Notes under the pieces: generated by a model
The model's input: only the letters and a program-made list of their open reading frames with translations
What the model was told of the DNA's origin: nothing
Databases searched by the model: none
Made by a program: the position numbers and the translations under genes
Shown here: piece after piece, positions 25,419 through 36,466 of the stretch
Layout of the letters: the number at the start of each line of letters is the position of its first letter
Numbering within the stretch: position 1 is the first letter of the stretch
Assembly: GCA_938038445.1 (NCBI GenBank)
Contig: CALHRZ010000010.1
Coordinates: forward strand, 16,757-80,756
Length of the DNA: 64,000 bases
Direction: 5' to 3'
Source of the DNA: an uncultured bacterium
Lineage (GTDB): Bacteria; Verrucomicrobiota; Kiritimatiellia; CAIKKV01

Positions 25419-27476
25419 ATGTCTCTGTTGTTCCGCCTTGAGTCCCCTTTTGAACCCACCGGCGATCAACCGGCCGCGATTGCGGCGATTGAGGAAGCGT
25501 TCCGGGCGGGGCGGCGCTATCAGGTATTGGAAGGGGTGACCGGTTCCGGTAAAACGTTTACAATGGCGAATGTGATTGCCCGACTGGGCCGTCCGGCTCT
25601 TGTGATCTCCCACAACAAGACGTTGGCGGCGCAGTTGTATGCGGAGTTGAAGAGCTTTTTTCCCGGAAACGCGGTGGAGTATTTCATCAGTTACTACGAT
25701 TATTACCAGCCGGAAGCCTACATTCCTCAGACGGACACTTATATCGAGAAAGATGCCTCGATCAATCGGCAGATCGAGCGGTTTCGTCTATCCGCCACAA
25801 ACGCGCTTCTCGGGCGGCGGGATGTGATTGTGGTGGCCTCTGTGTCGTGCATCTACGGGTTGGGGTCGCCGGAGGACTATCGGGAGATGGTGGTTTCGGT
25901 CCGGCGGGACGCGCCGATGGACCGGGACGAACTGTTGGCGAAATTCGTGGAGATTCAATACGATCGAAATGACGGGGAATTGGAACCGGGCGTCTTTCGG
26001 GTACGGGGGGACGTTGTCGAAGTGGTACCTGCGTGGGAGGAAACGGGAATTCGGCTGTTGTTTTTTGGGGACCGGGTAGAGCGGATCGAGCGATTCGATC
26101 CCTTGACGGGCCGGACCCAGGAGGAGTGTGAGGCCGTCGTATTATCCCCGGCCAATCATTTTGTGACCCCGCGGGACAAGCTGGAATGGGCCATTGCGGC
26201 CATTTTGGAAGAGCTGGAGGAGCGGGTGGCCGAGTTGGAGAAAGCCCGCAAGCTGGTGGAAGCGCAGCGGTTGCGGCAGCGCACGTTGTATGATGTGGAG
26301 ATGCTCCGGACGGCGGGTTATTGTCCGGGGATTGAGAATTATTCGCGGCACTTGACCGGTCGGAGGGCGGGAGCCCCCCCCGCAACGCTGATGGATTATT
26401 TTCCGGCCGATTTTCTCACGATCGTGGATGAGTCTCACGTGACGGTGCCTCAGCTACGGGCGATGTACAACGGCGACCAAGCGCGCAAGACGGTGCTGGT
26501 GGAGCATGGGTTTCGGCTTCCCTCGGCGAAGGACAACCGGCCGCTTAATTTTGATGAATTTCTGGAACGGGCCGGTCCGATTTTATTTGTGTCGGCGACG
26601 CCGGGACCCTTCGAGAGGAGTTTGTCGGATCCCGTTCGGCAGCTCATTCGACCGACGGGGCTCTTGGATCCTCCGGTGGATGTGCGGCCTTTGCGGGGGC
26701 AGGTGGATGATCTAATGGCGGAGGTGCGGGCCCATGCTGCGCGTGGGGAGCGTGTGTTGGCCACGACGTTGACGAAAAAGACGGCGGAGGATCTTGCGCG
26801 TTATCTGCGGGAAGCCGGGTTGCGCGTGCAGTATCTTCATTCCGACATCACGGCGCTGGAACGGGTGGACATTTTGCGACGGTTGCGCCGAAACGAATTT
26901 GACTGCTTGGTGGGTGTCAATTTGCTGCGGGAGGGGCTTGATTTGCCCGAAGTGTCGCTTGTAGCGATTCTGGATGCGGATAAGGAGGGGTTTCTACGGT
27001 CGGACACCTCGCTGATTCAGACGGCGGGTCGTGCGGCCCGGCATGTGAACGGCAAGGTGATTCTGTATGCGGATGAGGTGACGGATTCGATGCGCCGGTT
27101 GATCGAGGTGACGGAGGAACGCCGGGCTGTTCAGATGGAGTTCAATCGCCGCCATGGGATTACGCCCAAGAGCATTCAACGGGAGCGGGACTGGGAGTGG
27201 GCGGCGGGAGCGACGGCTCGGGCGATTGAGGAATCAGTAGTTCGGGAAGCGGGAACGGCGTATGAAACGCGCGATTTGATAGAGACGCTCAAGAAAGAGA
27301 TGTGGGAGGCTGCAGAGGCGCTGGAGTTTGAGCGGGCGGGGCGGTTGAGAGATGAACTGATGGAACTTATGAAAGCGGCGGGGATGACGCCGCCGCGCGA
27401 GTGGCGAAAACCGGGTGGACGCGGGGCTGCCCGGCGTCCACTGGGGAGGCGTCATGCCCGCCCGTTTCGGAGGTGA
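25419..27476 (+). CDS. uvrB: Excinuclease ABC subunit B (UvrB)
   Basis: The conserved UvrB N-terminus ([20 protein letters not shown]), the helicase motif (GVTGSGKTF) and the C-terminal UvrB/UvrC-interaction region are present. The start is ATG 25419, or the TTG at 25413 as in the ORF track. Confidence 0.9.
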   Translation: MSLLFRLESPFEPTGDQPAAIAAIEEAFRAGRRYQVLEGVTGSGKTFTMANVIARLGRPALVISHNKTLAAQLYAELKSFFPGNAVEYFISYYDYYQPEAYIPQTDTYIEKDASINRQIERFRLSATNALLGRRDVIVVASVSCIYGLGSPEDYREMVVSVRRDAPMDRDELLAKFVEIQYDRNDGELEPGVFRVRGDVVEVVPAWEETGIRLLFFGDRVERIERFDPLTGRTQEECEAVVLSPANHFVTPRDKLEWAIAAILEELEERVAELEKARKLVEAQRLRQRTLYDVEMLRTAGYCPGIENYSRHLTGRRAGAPPATLMDYFPADFLTIVDESHVTVPQLRAMYNGDQARKTVLVEHGFRLPSAKDNRPLNFDEFLERAGPILFVSATPGPFERSLSDPVRQLIRPTGLLDPPVDVRPLRGQVDDLMAEVRAHAARGERVLATTLTKKTAEDLARYLREAGLRVQYLHSDITALERVDILRRLRRNEFDCLVGVNLLREGLDLPEVSLVAILDADKEGFLRSDTSLIQTAGRAARHVNGKVILYADEVTDSMRRLIEVTEERRAVQMEFNRRHGITPKSIQRERDWEWAAGATARAIEESVVREAGTAYETRDLIETLKKEMWEAAEALEFERAGRLRDELMELMKAAGMTPPREWRKPGGRGAARRPLGRRHARPFRR

Positions 27477-27480
27477 TAAG

Positions 27481-28002
27481 ATGCCGATCTACGAATTCTA
27501 CTGTCCGAGTTGTCATCGTTTATTTTCCTTTTTATCCCGTCGGGTGGGCGTATCTCGGACGCCTGCTTGCCCGAAGTGCAAAGGGCATCAGATGCGCCGC
27601 GAGGTTTCGCCCTTTGCGGCTCCGAGAAAAAGCGGTGAAACGCGGGGGGCAGAGGAGGGCGGCGAGCCAGGCGGTGAGGAGGAGGTGCCGGTAGAGGAGG
27701 AGCGGGTCGAGCGGGCGTTGGATACGCTGGCGGCCGAGGCGGCCTCCATGGGGGAGAACGAGGATCCCCGGCAGGCGGCGCGGTTGATGCGCCGTTTTTC
27801 CGAGATGACGGGCATGCCGCTGGGGGAAGGGATGGAGGAAGCGATGCGCAGGCTCGAGGCGGGGGAGGATCCCGAGGCGGTTGAAGAGGAATTGGGCGAT
27901 CAAATCGAGCGGGAAGATCCCTTTGAAACACCTCGGCGGCAAGAAATTCGCCGTCGGAGAACGCCTCCTTCCCGCGATCCGACGCTGTATGATTTGGGCT
28001 GA
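27481..28002 (+). CDS. FmdB-family zinc-ribbon protein (putative regulatory protein)
   Basis: MPIYEFYCPSCHRLF ... ACPKCKG, a CxxC-N-CxxC zinc ribbon, is followed by an acidic low-complexity tail. Confidence 0.6.
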   Translation: MPIYEFYCPSCHRLFSFLSRRVGVSRTPACPKCKGHQMRREVSPFAAPRKSGETRGAEEGGEPGGEEEVPVEEERVERALDTLAAEAASMGENEDPRQAARLMRRFSEMTGMPLGEGMEEAMRRLEAGEDPEAVEEELGDQIEREDPFETPRRQEIRRRRTPPSRDPTLYDLG

Positions 28003-28008
28003 GCGCGT

Positions 28009-29694
28009 TTATTTTTCGCCCGTGACGACTTCTGCAATGTTGTAGGCGTGGTCCCGCACGCGCCGGAAGGCGGTGAGCATATCGGTATAGACCAGGCTCA
28101 TCAGCGGATTGTGTTCCTGACGAGCGAAGGTTTCGAGATGTTCGTGACGGAACTCTTTCATGACCTTGAGGACCTTGGCGGCTTCCGGTTGGAAGTCCAC
28201 CATCAACGTGGGATTGGGAATCGTTTCCTCCTGGAGAGGTTGGTGCAGCCGTTTGAGCAAGCCGGCAACGAGCCCATGGAGTTCTCGCAGGTGGCGGCGT
28301 TCTTCCATAGGAAGCTCCAAGCGGTTCTGGACGAGTTTGATGTTCAGTTTGACGAGGTTCATGAAGTAGTCCCCGACGGATTCGTATTCGTGGGCGAGGC
28401 GGAGCTGGCGGCGCCCGACATCCATCACTTCCCCTGGGACCGAATCGGACAGAAGGCGGGACAAAAAGACCGTTACCTCGCGTTGGATATTGTCCAGAAT
28501 CTTCTCCCGTCGGAAGATCTCATCTTCCGACCGTGTATCCCGTTCCGGATAGGGAAGGCTGAGGATTGTATCCAGGGCAGAAACCATTTGGAGGACATGC
28601 TCGGACATGGCGACGATCTCCTTATGGGACTGTTCGACGCCGAGAGCAGGATGGGCGAGAAAACGGACGTTGAGATATTCGAGGCGATAGGCTTCGCCGG
28701 CCTGACGGTCCGGAATCAACCAACTGACCAAGCGGGCGAACGGTTTAAGGAAGGGCAAAAAGACCAACGTGTTGATGACGTTAAACATCGTATGAACCAA
28801 CGCGAGCCGCGTCAAATTAGTCTGGAGCAGGAGCGAGGCTTCACTTCCATGGTTCGGAACCAGACCTTCGATGAATCGACGGTAATGGGGAAAGATGGGA
28901 AGAAGCCAAAGGACGCCGATGACGTTGAAGAGAATGTGGCCGAGGGCAGCCCGCCGGGCGTGGGCGTTTCCTCCGATGGACGCGATCCAGGCGGTGATGG
29001 TTGTGCCGATATTGAGTCCTAATACGATGGATGCGGCGGTTGGGAAATCGAGCAGGTCGGTCTTCAAAAGCCCGATCACGATTCCCAAGGTGGCCGAAGA
29101 GGATTGAATGATTGCCGTGACAATCAAACCGACAAACGCCGCCCGGATGACTCCCGTAAACGTTTCGGCTCGGAGTGTGTGAAACAGGCGGAGGACGGCA
29201 GGTTCCGAGCGCAAAGGCTTGAACCCGTCGCTCATCAGTTCGAGGCCGAAGAAGACCATTCCGATGCCCATAAGGAACATTCCCCAATAGCGGTATCGTT
29301 CCCGCCCGGCGAAAAGGAACACAAGGGAGGAAGCCCCAAGCAAAGGGAGGCCGTAGTGAGAAATTTTGAGCGAGAGAACCCATCCGGTGATTGTTGTGCC
29401 GATATTGGCTCCAAAAATCACACCCAGGGCTTGAAGGAGCGTCATAAAGCCGCTATTCACAAACCCGACAACCATGACGGTGGTAATGGAGCTTGATTGA
29501 ATCAGGGTGGTGACGAAGGTTCCGATTGCGACCGCGAAAATACGGTTATCCGTGACGCTACTGATCATGCGGCGAAGCCGGGGACCTGCGACCGCCTGCA
29601 TGCCTTCGGACATGTACTTCATGCCGAGGAGAAAAATGCCGAGCCCCCCCATTGCCATCATGAGAACCTGGAAATAGCAATTCATGGAATTCAT
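28009..29694 (-). CDS. Na/Pi cotransporter family protein (NptA-like, with PhoU-like C-terminal domain)
   Basis: The N-terminus MAMGGLGIFLLGMKYMSEGMQ and the repeated GANIGTTITGW / GLNIGTTITAW motifs match Na/Pi cotransporters. Confidence 0.75.
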   Translation of the reverse strand: MNSMNCYFQVLMMAMGGLGIFLLGMKYMSEGMQAVAGPRLRRMISSVTDNRIFAVAIGTFVTTLIQSSSITTVMVVGFVNSGFMTLLQALGVIFGANIGTTITGWVLSLKISHYGLPLLGASSLVFLFAGRERYRYWGMFLMGIGMVFFGLELMSDGFKPLRSEPAVLRLFHTLRAETFTGVIRAAFVGLIVTAIIQSSSATLGIVIGLLKTDLLDFPTAASIVLGLNIGTTITAWIASIGGNAHARRAALGHILFNVIGVLWLLPIFPHYRRFIEGLVPNHGSEASLLLQTNLTRLALVHTMFNVINTLVFLPFLKPFARLVSWLIPDRQAGEAYRLEYLNVRFLAHPALGVEQSHKEIVAMSEHVLQMVSALDTILSLPYPERDTRSEDEIFRREKILDNIQREVTVFLSRLLSDSVPGEVMDVGRRQLRLAHEYESVGDYFMNLVKLNIKLVQNRLELPMEERRHLRELHGLVAGLLKRLHQPLQEETIPNPTLMVDFQPEAAKVLKVMKEFRHEHLETFARQEHNPLMSLVYTDMLTAFRRVRDHAYNIAEVVTGEK

Positions 29695-30223
29695 GGAGGG
29701 AATGATAAACTAGGGGGATGTTTGGTTCAAGTTGTGGTTCGCGTCGTGGCCGGGGGGAGCCCTTCACCGCAAAGGGAGGCCGTGAGAGGTGGGATAATAT
29801 CGCGTTATGCTGGGAAAGCTACGATTGTTGTGTGAGCGTGCGCTGTGTTTTGTGACAAGCGGGGGAAACGCCTGGCAGGTGATTTTTCACCTTGAGGAGG
29901 GCCATGAGCGTTTCTGAAGCAGCATGGGGAACGGGTCTCAGCCCTTGGAATGGGGGTCTATGCGAGGCGTGCGGATGGACAATCATTATTTCGCGCGGAC
30001 ACTGCGTGGGAAATTCAATCGCTTCTAGCAGCGCCTCAACACGACCGATGCAGTATTATCGGCATAACGCGGACAGCCGTGGCATGTTATGATTGAGGGG
30101 AGCCGGCTTCCAGGGGGACGATGGCGATGGACGGACCGGGGCGAGCCTTCGCGTAATTGGGCTCTGCATGGCAGGGTAAGCGCAAAAGCCGTTATCATGA
30201 GATGCAAGCGATTTGAGCCCCAG

Positions 30224-30253
30224 GATGAAACCATCGAGGATGAAACGATCGAG
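30224..30253. repeat. Perfect-ish 15-bp tandem direct repeat (GATGAAACCATCGAG / GATGAAACGATCGAG)
   Basis: It is seen directly in the 0.9-kb non-coding gap between nptA and the 861-aa gene; 14 of 15 bases are identical. Confidence 0.6.
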
Positions 30254-30619
30254 ATAAGGCAGAACCTTGATGGCGGTGATCGGGTATGGGCAGGAAGAGT
30301 GTTGATCCGACCCCGATGGATCATTGAGCAGGTCGGACAGCAAGTTGCCGCCGTGAAGAAAGTGTACGGGGCATGTCTGGCCCCGTAGGCAGGGCATGCA
30401 AGAAACTCATATTCTGAAGGGAGGAGTAACGATTGCGAATGTCGCAAAAATAGCGCTTATGGTTGAACAGCACATGAGACTCCATGCTTCGGAACACGGC
30501 CGCGGCCAAGGGAAGGGGCTTCGCTTTTTGGATTTGGCTGTCTGCCGGGTCTTCATGGTTCTGGTTGCGGTTGAATTACAAATCTGCGGACAGAACAGCA
30601 AAACAGAGGAAAAGGATCA

Positions 30620-33205
30620 GTGAAACGAGTCGGCTTGCTTGTGATGACCGTGATAAGCGCCGGAGGAGTGATGTGCGGGGGGCTGGTTGCCGGCCAGGAA
30701 GTGTTGTTTCCACGGTGGACACCTTTCGGACGCAATCTGGCGTTAGGGAAGCCCTACACTCCTGATCAATCCGGATATCCCCTCTGTGCGGATCCTGGGG
30801 ATAAAACCCAGCTAACAGACGGTGCTTATGCGCCGGGCGGGCCAGGGATGTGGCATTTCAAGGAGACGGTCGGTTGGTCGTGTGCCACGATCCCGTTGAT
30901 TGTTGATTTAGGTGAGATCTGTTCGATTGGAGGGCTCAGTTTCAGTTCTGAGACGAGTCCTGAAGCGGGCGTTGGTTTGCCTCGCGCAATCCTGATTTTG
31001 GTGAGCGACGACGGCAAGGCGTACCGAAGGGTAGGGGAACTGATTGCCCTTGCGGCCCGATATGGTGCCCCCCCGGAACGGGGGCGATATACGTTGCGGA
31101 CTGACGGTTTGAACTGCCGGGGGCGGTTTCTTCAACTCGTAATCCAGTCCAGCCTTCACATCTTTGTGGATGAGGTTGAGGTGTACGAAGGTTCGGCGGC
31201 TTTTCTCGATCAGGAGCCTCAGGGCCCGATTATTGATCATCCGGTCCAGCATTTGGAGACGCATGTGACCGGTTATGCCGCTGCGGCCTGGTCGGCGATT
31301 GATGCGGCTCGGGCTCGCGAACGGCTGGCGGCGCTCGGCATATCGCCTACGCTTCGGAACCGGTTGTTCAAACGTTTGGATGACATCCATCGAAAGTCGG
31401 TCCAGATGATGCCGGAGTTAGCGGATCCCGAATTTCGCGCGATCGTACCGATTCATTCGTTGCAGGCCGACGTGCTTTCGGTAATGGCGGAGGGGTATCG
31501 CGCGGCGGGATATCCCGAGCATTGGGTGTGGCATACGAACCGCTGGTTGCGCCTTTCGCATTGGGACATCCCGCCCCCGCCGAAGGGGGGCGGTGGGCCG
31601 GCGTTACGGATGCACCAGATGCAGGAGGAAAGGCGGGGGGAAGTGTTCAGCATAGCCAATTTCAGTCCGATCCCGAAAACGGCGACGGTTCGGTTCCATG
31701 GATTACCCGGCGGGGCAGTTCCAGAATGTATCCGGGTATTGCAGGCGGAATTCGTCGCGCAGCAGTCGCGCTACTGGGACGCCAATGCGTTGCCGGCGGC
31801 GGAGAAGACAGACGGGGGTTGGCGCATAACCCTGCCGGTCGGAATTTCCCGGCAGGTATGGTTGGACGTATGGCCCCGCCGGCCAACGTGCCCGCCTGGC
31901 CTTTACAAGGGTGAAGTTGTTGTGGCGATCGAAGAAGGGGGGACGTTCCGCATTCCCCTTGAATTGAAGGTCAGTTCGATCCGGATGCCCCCGCCTCGCG
32001 AACGCGCCATTGCGATCGGCGTATGGGACTACACGGCCAAAGGAGGCGCGGCCGGATATGGGCTTCACCCCGGCAATGTTCAGGCGGCGATTGCTCACAT
32101 GAAGGGCAGCGGTGTGAACGCGCCATGGGCGATGAACGACTGGGCTTCTCCGAACGTGTTTCCTCCTCATGGAGCGTTGGATTCGGAGGGACGGATGGAT
32201 TTCAGCGCGTTTGACCAGTGGGTGGATCAATGGCCGGACGCGAAATACTACATGATCTACAGCGGCTTTCACTGGGGGCTGATCGGCAAGGAGTGGGGGC
32301 AAACCGATCCGGAAATTCAGCGCCAGTTTGGGGAGCGGATGAAGGCATGGGCCGAACATCTTCGGAACCGCAGGATCAATCCTTCCCGCGTGGCGCTTCT
32401 GTTGGTGGATGAGCCGGGAGGTGGGGATGCCGATGCCCTGACTTTGGCAGGGGCCGCCGTGATCAAGACCGAGACTCCCGAATTCCTCTTGTACATTGAT
32501 CCCGTTCATGGAGCTGCCCAGTATGAGGACCCGGTGACGCGGAAGATGTTTGAACATATGGACATCATTACACCGGGGTGTCCGTTTGTTTGGGGCCAGC
32601 CGTGGGGGGAGGCGACACATGCTTTTTACGATCAATGGCGCCGCAAGGGGAAAATCATGGGGTACTACTCGTGTGCGCAGAATCCCTCCGAAGCCGACGC
32701 CATCGGCTACTATCGGATGCAGCAATGGCATTGTTGGAAGATCAACGGTGGCGGTTCGAACAGTTGGGCCGGCTTTTGGGCGTACGCGGACGTGCGGGGC
32801 AATTCGTCATGGAACCCTCTCGACAGCGGACGCGACAAAAACTGGTCTCCAGTTTACATTGATTCGAAGTCGGTGACCGACAGCAAGCACTGGTTGGCCA
32901 TTTTTGAAGGACAACAGGACTACGAGTATCTGCTGACTCTCAAAAATAAGGTTGAATTGCTGGAGAAATCGAAGGCGCATCCCTCGGTGGCATCTGCGCG
33001 TCGACTGCTGGAGACGGTGGCTGACGAGACCATTGCGGCGGTATATTTTGGCCGGGAGACGGCAGAACGAATGGACTTCGAGCGAACCGACGTTTATGCG
33101 GAGATGCGCCGGTTGGGTCGAGGGCTTTACGATATCGAAGCGTGCGACCGAGGGCGGTTACGGGTGTTGGAAGCGTTGGAGCGATTGGGAGAAGTGGATC
33201 GGTGA
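30620..33205 (+). CDS. Large secreted hypothetical protein (N-terminal galactose-binding/discoidin-like domain; possible glycoside hydrolase)
   Basis: The GTG start has a GAGGAAAAGGA RBS. It has a signal peptide (MKRVGLLVMTVISAGGVMCGG). The N-terminal segment resembles CBM32/F5-8-type lectin domains. The remainder is unassigned. Confidence 0.4.
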   Translation: MKRVGLLVMTVISAGGVMCGGLVAGQEVLFPRWTPFGRNLALGKPYTPDQSGYPLCADPGDKTQLTDGAYAPGGPGMWHFKETVGWSCATIPLIVDLGEICSIGGLSFSSETSPEAGVGLPRAILILVSDDGKAYRRVGELIALAARYGAPPERGRYTLRTDGLNCRGRFLQLVIQSSLHIFVDEVEVYEGSAAFLDQEPQGPIIDHPVQHLETHVTGYAAAAWSAIDAARARERLAALGISPTLRNRLFKRLDDIHRKSVQMMPELADPEFRAIVPIHSLQADVLSVMAEGYRAAGYPEHWVWHTNRWLRLSHWDIPPPPKGGGGPALRMHQMQEERRGEVFSIANFSPIPKTATVRFHGLPGGAVPECIRVLQAEFVAQQSRYWDANALPAAEKTDGGWRITLPVGISRQVWLDVWPRRPTCPPGLYKGEVVVAIEEGGTFRIPLELKVSSIRMPPPRERAIAIGVWDYTAKGGAAGYGLHPGNVQAAIAHMKGSGVNAPWAMNDWASPNVFPPHGALDSEGRMDFSAFDQWVDQWPDAKYYMIYSGFHWGLIGKEWGQTDPEIQRQFGERMKAWAEHLRNRRINPSRVALLLVDEPGGGDADALTLAGAAVIKTETPEFLLYIDPVHGAAQYEDPVTRKMFEHMDIITPGCPFVWGQPWGEATHAFYDQWRRKGKIMGYYSCAQNPSEADAIGYYRMQQWHCWKINGGGSNSWAGFWAYADVRGNSSWNPLDSGRDKNWSPVYIDSKSVTDSKHWLAIFEGQQDYEYLLTLKNKVELLEKSKAHPSVASARRLLETVADETIAAVYFGRETAERMDFERTDVYAEMRRLGRGLYDIEACDRGRLRVLEALERLGEVDR

Positions 33206-33494
33206 GAACCGTTTGCCGTTGGCGAATGAATGCCTTGGAAATTAAAATTCGGTTTTCGCCTGAGCCGCCATGAAGGGCGGCACAGAATGGTCCTCCCTCC
33301 AACGGGGGGCGTTTTCCTCTTTGGGGTCGCTTTTATGCGATTAGCCATTACGCTGGAAATCTTGGGGGGATGCCCGAGATGTTCAATTTAGGCAAAGTGA
33401 GAAAATCATATTATGATGTGATAGGGAGGGATTGTTTGGTTGTACTTTCTGCGCGATGTTTCCGTCAGGTTCGTATTAGTAGGGGAGGTGTCCT

Positions 33495-35333
33495 ATGAAC
33501 GGCTGCTTTGATATCCGAGTTTTGGTGGCGGCGATAGCTGTGGGCATTCTGGGCATGCGGAGCAGCGTATGGAGTGCGACTTGGCATGTCGATGCGCAAG
33601 CCTCCTCCGAGGGGGACGGCACGAGTTGGGCGACGGCGTTTCAGAGCCTGACGAATGCGATCGCGCAGGCTTCGAATGGCGATGAGATCTGGGTGGCACA
33701 AGGCACCTATTTTTGGACCAATGAGAGCGGGCTTTCGGTGAGCCATCATACGCTGGTGGGAGGATATCCGACGGGCGGAGGACTGCGCGATCCTGAGGCG
33801 AACCCGACTATTCTCGATTGCCAGTCCGCACGGCGGGCATTCTATAAGACCGGCGCAGCGGAGCGCTTCACGCTGGACGGGTTCCGCGTGATCAATGGGG
33901 TGGCCATCGGCGATCAAAAGGGTGGCGCCATATACGCGATAGAGGGTCCGCTGACGATCGCCAACTGCGTCTTCAGCAACAACGTTGCAACTTATCACGG
34001 CGGCGCGATCTACACGGAGGCAGCGGGCGTTGAAAACATTTTCTCCACCTGCCGATTCCTTGACAATCGCGCCACCGATGCCTGGAACGGATATGGCGGT
34101 GCCGTTGCGTTCCGATATGCCGGCACGAGCCGCTTCGAGCGCTGCACGTTCACGACGAACAGCGCCGGTTACAACGGCGGGGCCATTGCCGCGGGGCTGT
34201 CGGAAGTCGGCGGACAGTTGTCGATGACCGACTGCGTCTTTTCCAACAATGTCGCCGGAACGTTGGGCGGCGGGATATGGGCAAGGAGCCATCTCGAATG
34301 TTCGCAAGGGACGAATGCGTTCGTGCACAACGTTGCAACTTATTACGGCGGCGCCGTCTGCAGCTCGTACAGCGGCCACAGCAACGCATTTGTCAACTGC
34401 ATATTCGACAACAATCGCACCACCCATGTTGGGGACGGCCAAGGTGGCGCCATCATGATCCAATATGCCGGCACCAGCCGCTTCGAGCATTGTTCGTTCA
34501 CGGCCAATCGTTCGGGGCGCGGGGGAGGCGCGTTAAGGCTTGGGCAGATGGAATCAGGGGGGCTCTATCGCTTAAAGGACTGTCTGTTTGCTAACAACGT
34601 GGCAGCGATTGCCGAGGGCGGCGCGATCGAGTCCTGGGGCGGGCTCGAGTGCGTGCGCGTGGATTTCGACCACAATGAGGCGGAGTACGCCGGCGGCGCG
34701 GTGATTTTGCGCAATACCGCTGGGCAAGAGTGCCGTTTTCAGAACTGTGCGTTTACCGGCAACAGAACGGCCGCCTATCTCGGCGGGGGAGCGATTTATG
34801 CTCATAGTGACTTTACGATGACAACGACCGTGGAAAACTGCACCTTTGTTGGTAACCAGTCGGAGTGTTGGGGCGGGGCCATTCGATGGAACTCGGGATT
34901 GGCCACCCTGACGATCATCAACAGCATTTTTTGGGGGAATATCATTCCCGGGTCATACACCGGCACGAACATTCAAAATGCGGGGACGGTCAAGATCACC
35001 TACAGCGATTTGGACGTCGGCGAGGGTGCTGTGAACGGAGGGACAAAGAACTTGGGAGTCGGTTTGATGCACGTGGATCCCTTGTTGGCGAGTGCGAGCG
35101 CCCCTTATGACGTGCATCTCAAGTCGCGATACGGTCGATGGGATCCGGTCACTCACGGCTGGGTGAACGACGCGGAGCACAGTCCCTGTATAGATGCCGG
35201 AGATCCGGCCAGCGACTGGTCGAACGAACCGACCCGACGAAACGGCGAACGGATCAACTTGGGGCGGTACGGAAACACAGGGGAGGCTTCTCGTTCGTCC
35301 GGACCGACAGGAACCTTAATTTTTGTCCGATAG
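33495..35333 (+). CDS. Secreted right-handed parallel beta-helix (PbH1) repeat protein with choice-of-anchor-Q-like C-terminal cap
   Basis: It has a signal peptide. Repeated NCVFSNNVATYHGGAIY-type PbH1 units are present. The C-terminus is SPCIDAGDP...RINLGRYGNTGEA...GTLIFVR. An RBS GGGGAGG precedes the ATG. Confidence 0.6.
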   Translation: MNGCFDIRVLVAAIAVGILGMRSSVWSATWHVDAQASSEGDGTSWATAFQSLTNAIAQASNGDEIWVAQGTYFWTNESGLSVSHHTLVGGYPTGGGLRDPEANPTILDCQSARRAFYKTGAAERFTLDGFRVINGVAIGDQKGGAIYAIEGPLTIANCVFSNNVATYHGGAIYTEAAGVENIFSTCRFLDNRATDAWNGYGGAVAFRYAGTSRFERCTFTTNSAGYNGGAIAAGLSEVGGQLSMTDCVFSNNVAGTLGGGIWARSHLECSQGTNAFVHNVATYYGGAVCSSYSGHSNAFVNCIFDNNRTTHVGDGQGGAIMIQYAGTSRFEHCSFTANRSGRGGGALRLGQMESGGLYRLKDCLFANNVAAIAEGGAIESWGGLECVRVDFDHNEAEYAGGAVILRNTAGQECRFQNCAFTGNRTAAYLGGGAIYAHSDFTMTTTVENCTFVGNQSECWGGAIRWNSGLATLTIINSIFWGNIIPGSYTGTNIQNAGTVKITYSDLDVGEGAVNGGTKNLGVGLMHVDPLLASASAPYDVHLKSRYGRWDPVTHGWVNDAEHSPCIDAGDPASDWSNEPTRRNGERINLGRYGNTGEASRSSGPTGTLIFVR

Positions 35334-35386
35334 TGCCTCCCGCGCATCATGGGCTCGGGGACATGGGTTCCCCCCATATCAAGGCG

Positions 35387-36262
35387 TTAGCGATGGATGC
35401 TTTTGCGGTACAAGCCAGGCCGCCATCCGGTTTGTCGAAGGAACGCCTGCGAAAAATTGTATGCGTTGCTGTAGCCCACGAGCACCGCAATCGTATCCAG
35501 CTTCTCATGGGAGGTTCTCAGCAGCTCGGCAGCTTTTGCCATTCGAACGCTGCGGATGAGGCAGGCGGGAGGCTGACCATACAATCGGCGGACGGTTCGG
35601 TGGAGATGTCCGACGGACATGTTGAGCGTGTGCGCTAGCATGGGAACGGACCATGGTTGTTCGGGCTGCGCGGCGATGTTATCCAACACGCATGCCATCT
35701 TTTTGCGGAAGTTCCGATCGAAAAAGGATTCGTGAGCACCAAGATGCCGCCGAAGAAAGTGGAAAATAGCGTTGCAGAGGGCGGCGCATGCTTCCCCGGA
35801 GTCCGGGTGTTGTTGCAGGGGCTCGCGGATTAGGACCTCTGTCGCGACCCGAAGCAGTTCCGAATGGGGAAACGGATGGACTTCCACCTGTTGGGGGAGC
35901 GCGAGGTTTTTGCGCAGAGTTCCGTCCGGTAGAAGGTGAATCCAAAGGACGGTCGCAGAACAGCGATGGGTTTCCACTCGCTTCGGAGAATTTTCGGGCA
36001 GTAGCAGGGCTTCCCCTCGTTTGACTAGTATTGGGGGCGCCTTATCGCGTGGGTAGTAGATACGGCCTGCTGCCACGATAAAGATCAGGTAGAGGGAGGT
36101 TTCGCCCCAGCTTTGCCGCGGGGGTCGTTTATCCATTCCCATCATCCGGACCCCCAACTCGCGCAGAGGACGCATGATGGGAATGTCGGATGTCACCCCG
36201 ACGATTCGTGTGAGGTCGTTCAATGGGGGGCGGTGAAAGTCCTTTGACGGATGGGAAGGCAC
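35387..36262 (-). CDS. AraC-family transcriptional regulator
   Basis: The C-terminal HTH_AraC signature is present (HLHRTVRRLYGQPPACLIRSVRMAKAAELL...GYSNAYNFSQAF). Confidence 0.75.
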   Translation of the reverse strand: MPSHPSKDFHRPPLNDLTRIVGVTSDIPIMRPLRELGVRMMGMDKRPPRQSWGETSLYLIFIVAAGRIYYPRDKAPPILVKRGEALLLPENSPKRVETHRCSATVLWIHLLPDGTLRKNLALPQQVEVHPFPHSELLRVATEVLIREPLQQHPDSGEACAALCNAIFHFLRRHLGAHESFFDRNFRKKMACVLDNIAAQPEQPWSVPMLAHTLNMSVGHLHRTVRRLYGQPPACLIRSVRMAKAAELLRTSHEKLDTIAVLVGYSNAYNFSQAFLRQTGWRPGLYRKSIHR

Positions 36263-36287
36263 GCGGCAAGTCGTCGCTTTCGGTAAA

Positions 36288-36376
36288 CCGTTAACCGAAA
36301 CATATCATGTTCTCATATTTCACGCAAGATGGCCCCCCTTGTGGCAAGAGGCGCGATATTCCCAACGGGTTAACGG
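36288..36376. promoter_or_regulatory. Pair of inverted 9-bp sites containing GTTAAC (CCGTTAACC ... GGTTAACGG) in the AraC/hypothetical divergent region
   Basis: CCGTTAACC lies at 36288-36296 and its reverse complement GGTTAACGG at 36368-36376. They are ~70 bp apart between divergently transcribed genes. Confidence 0.3.
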
Positions 36377-36466
36377 CTTATCGCGGGGTAATCCAACCTT
36401 TTTCGTGTTTTGTCCAGGTTTGGATTGAGAAGGACGAGGGGTTTTGCTAAAAAACAGATCTTAGGG

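Noticed and set aside
30089-30388. 99-aa plus-strand ORF in the nptA / 861-aa-gene gap
   Set aside because: There is no RBS and no recognisable family. Its DETIEDETIE stretch is just the translation of the 15-bp tandem repeat. It cannot be supported as coding.
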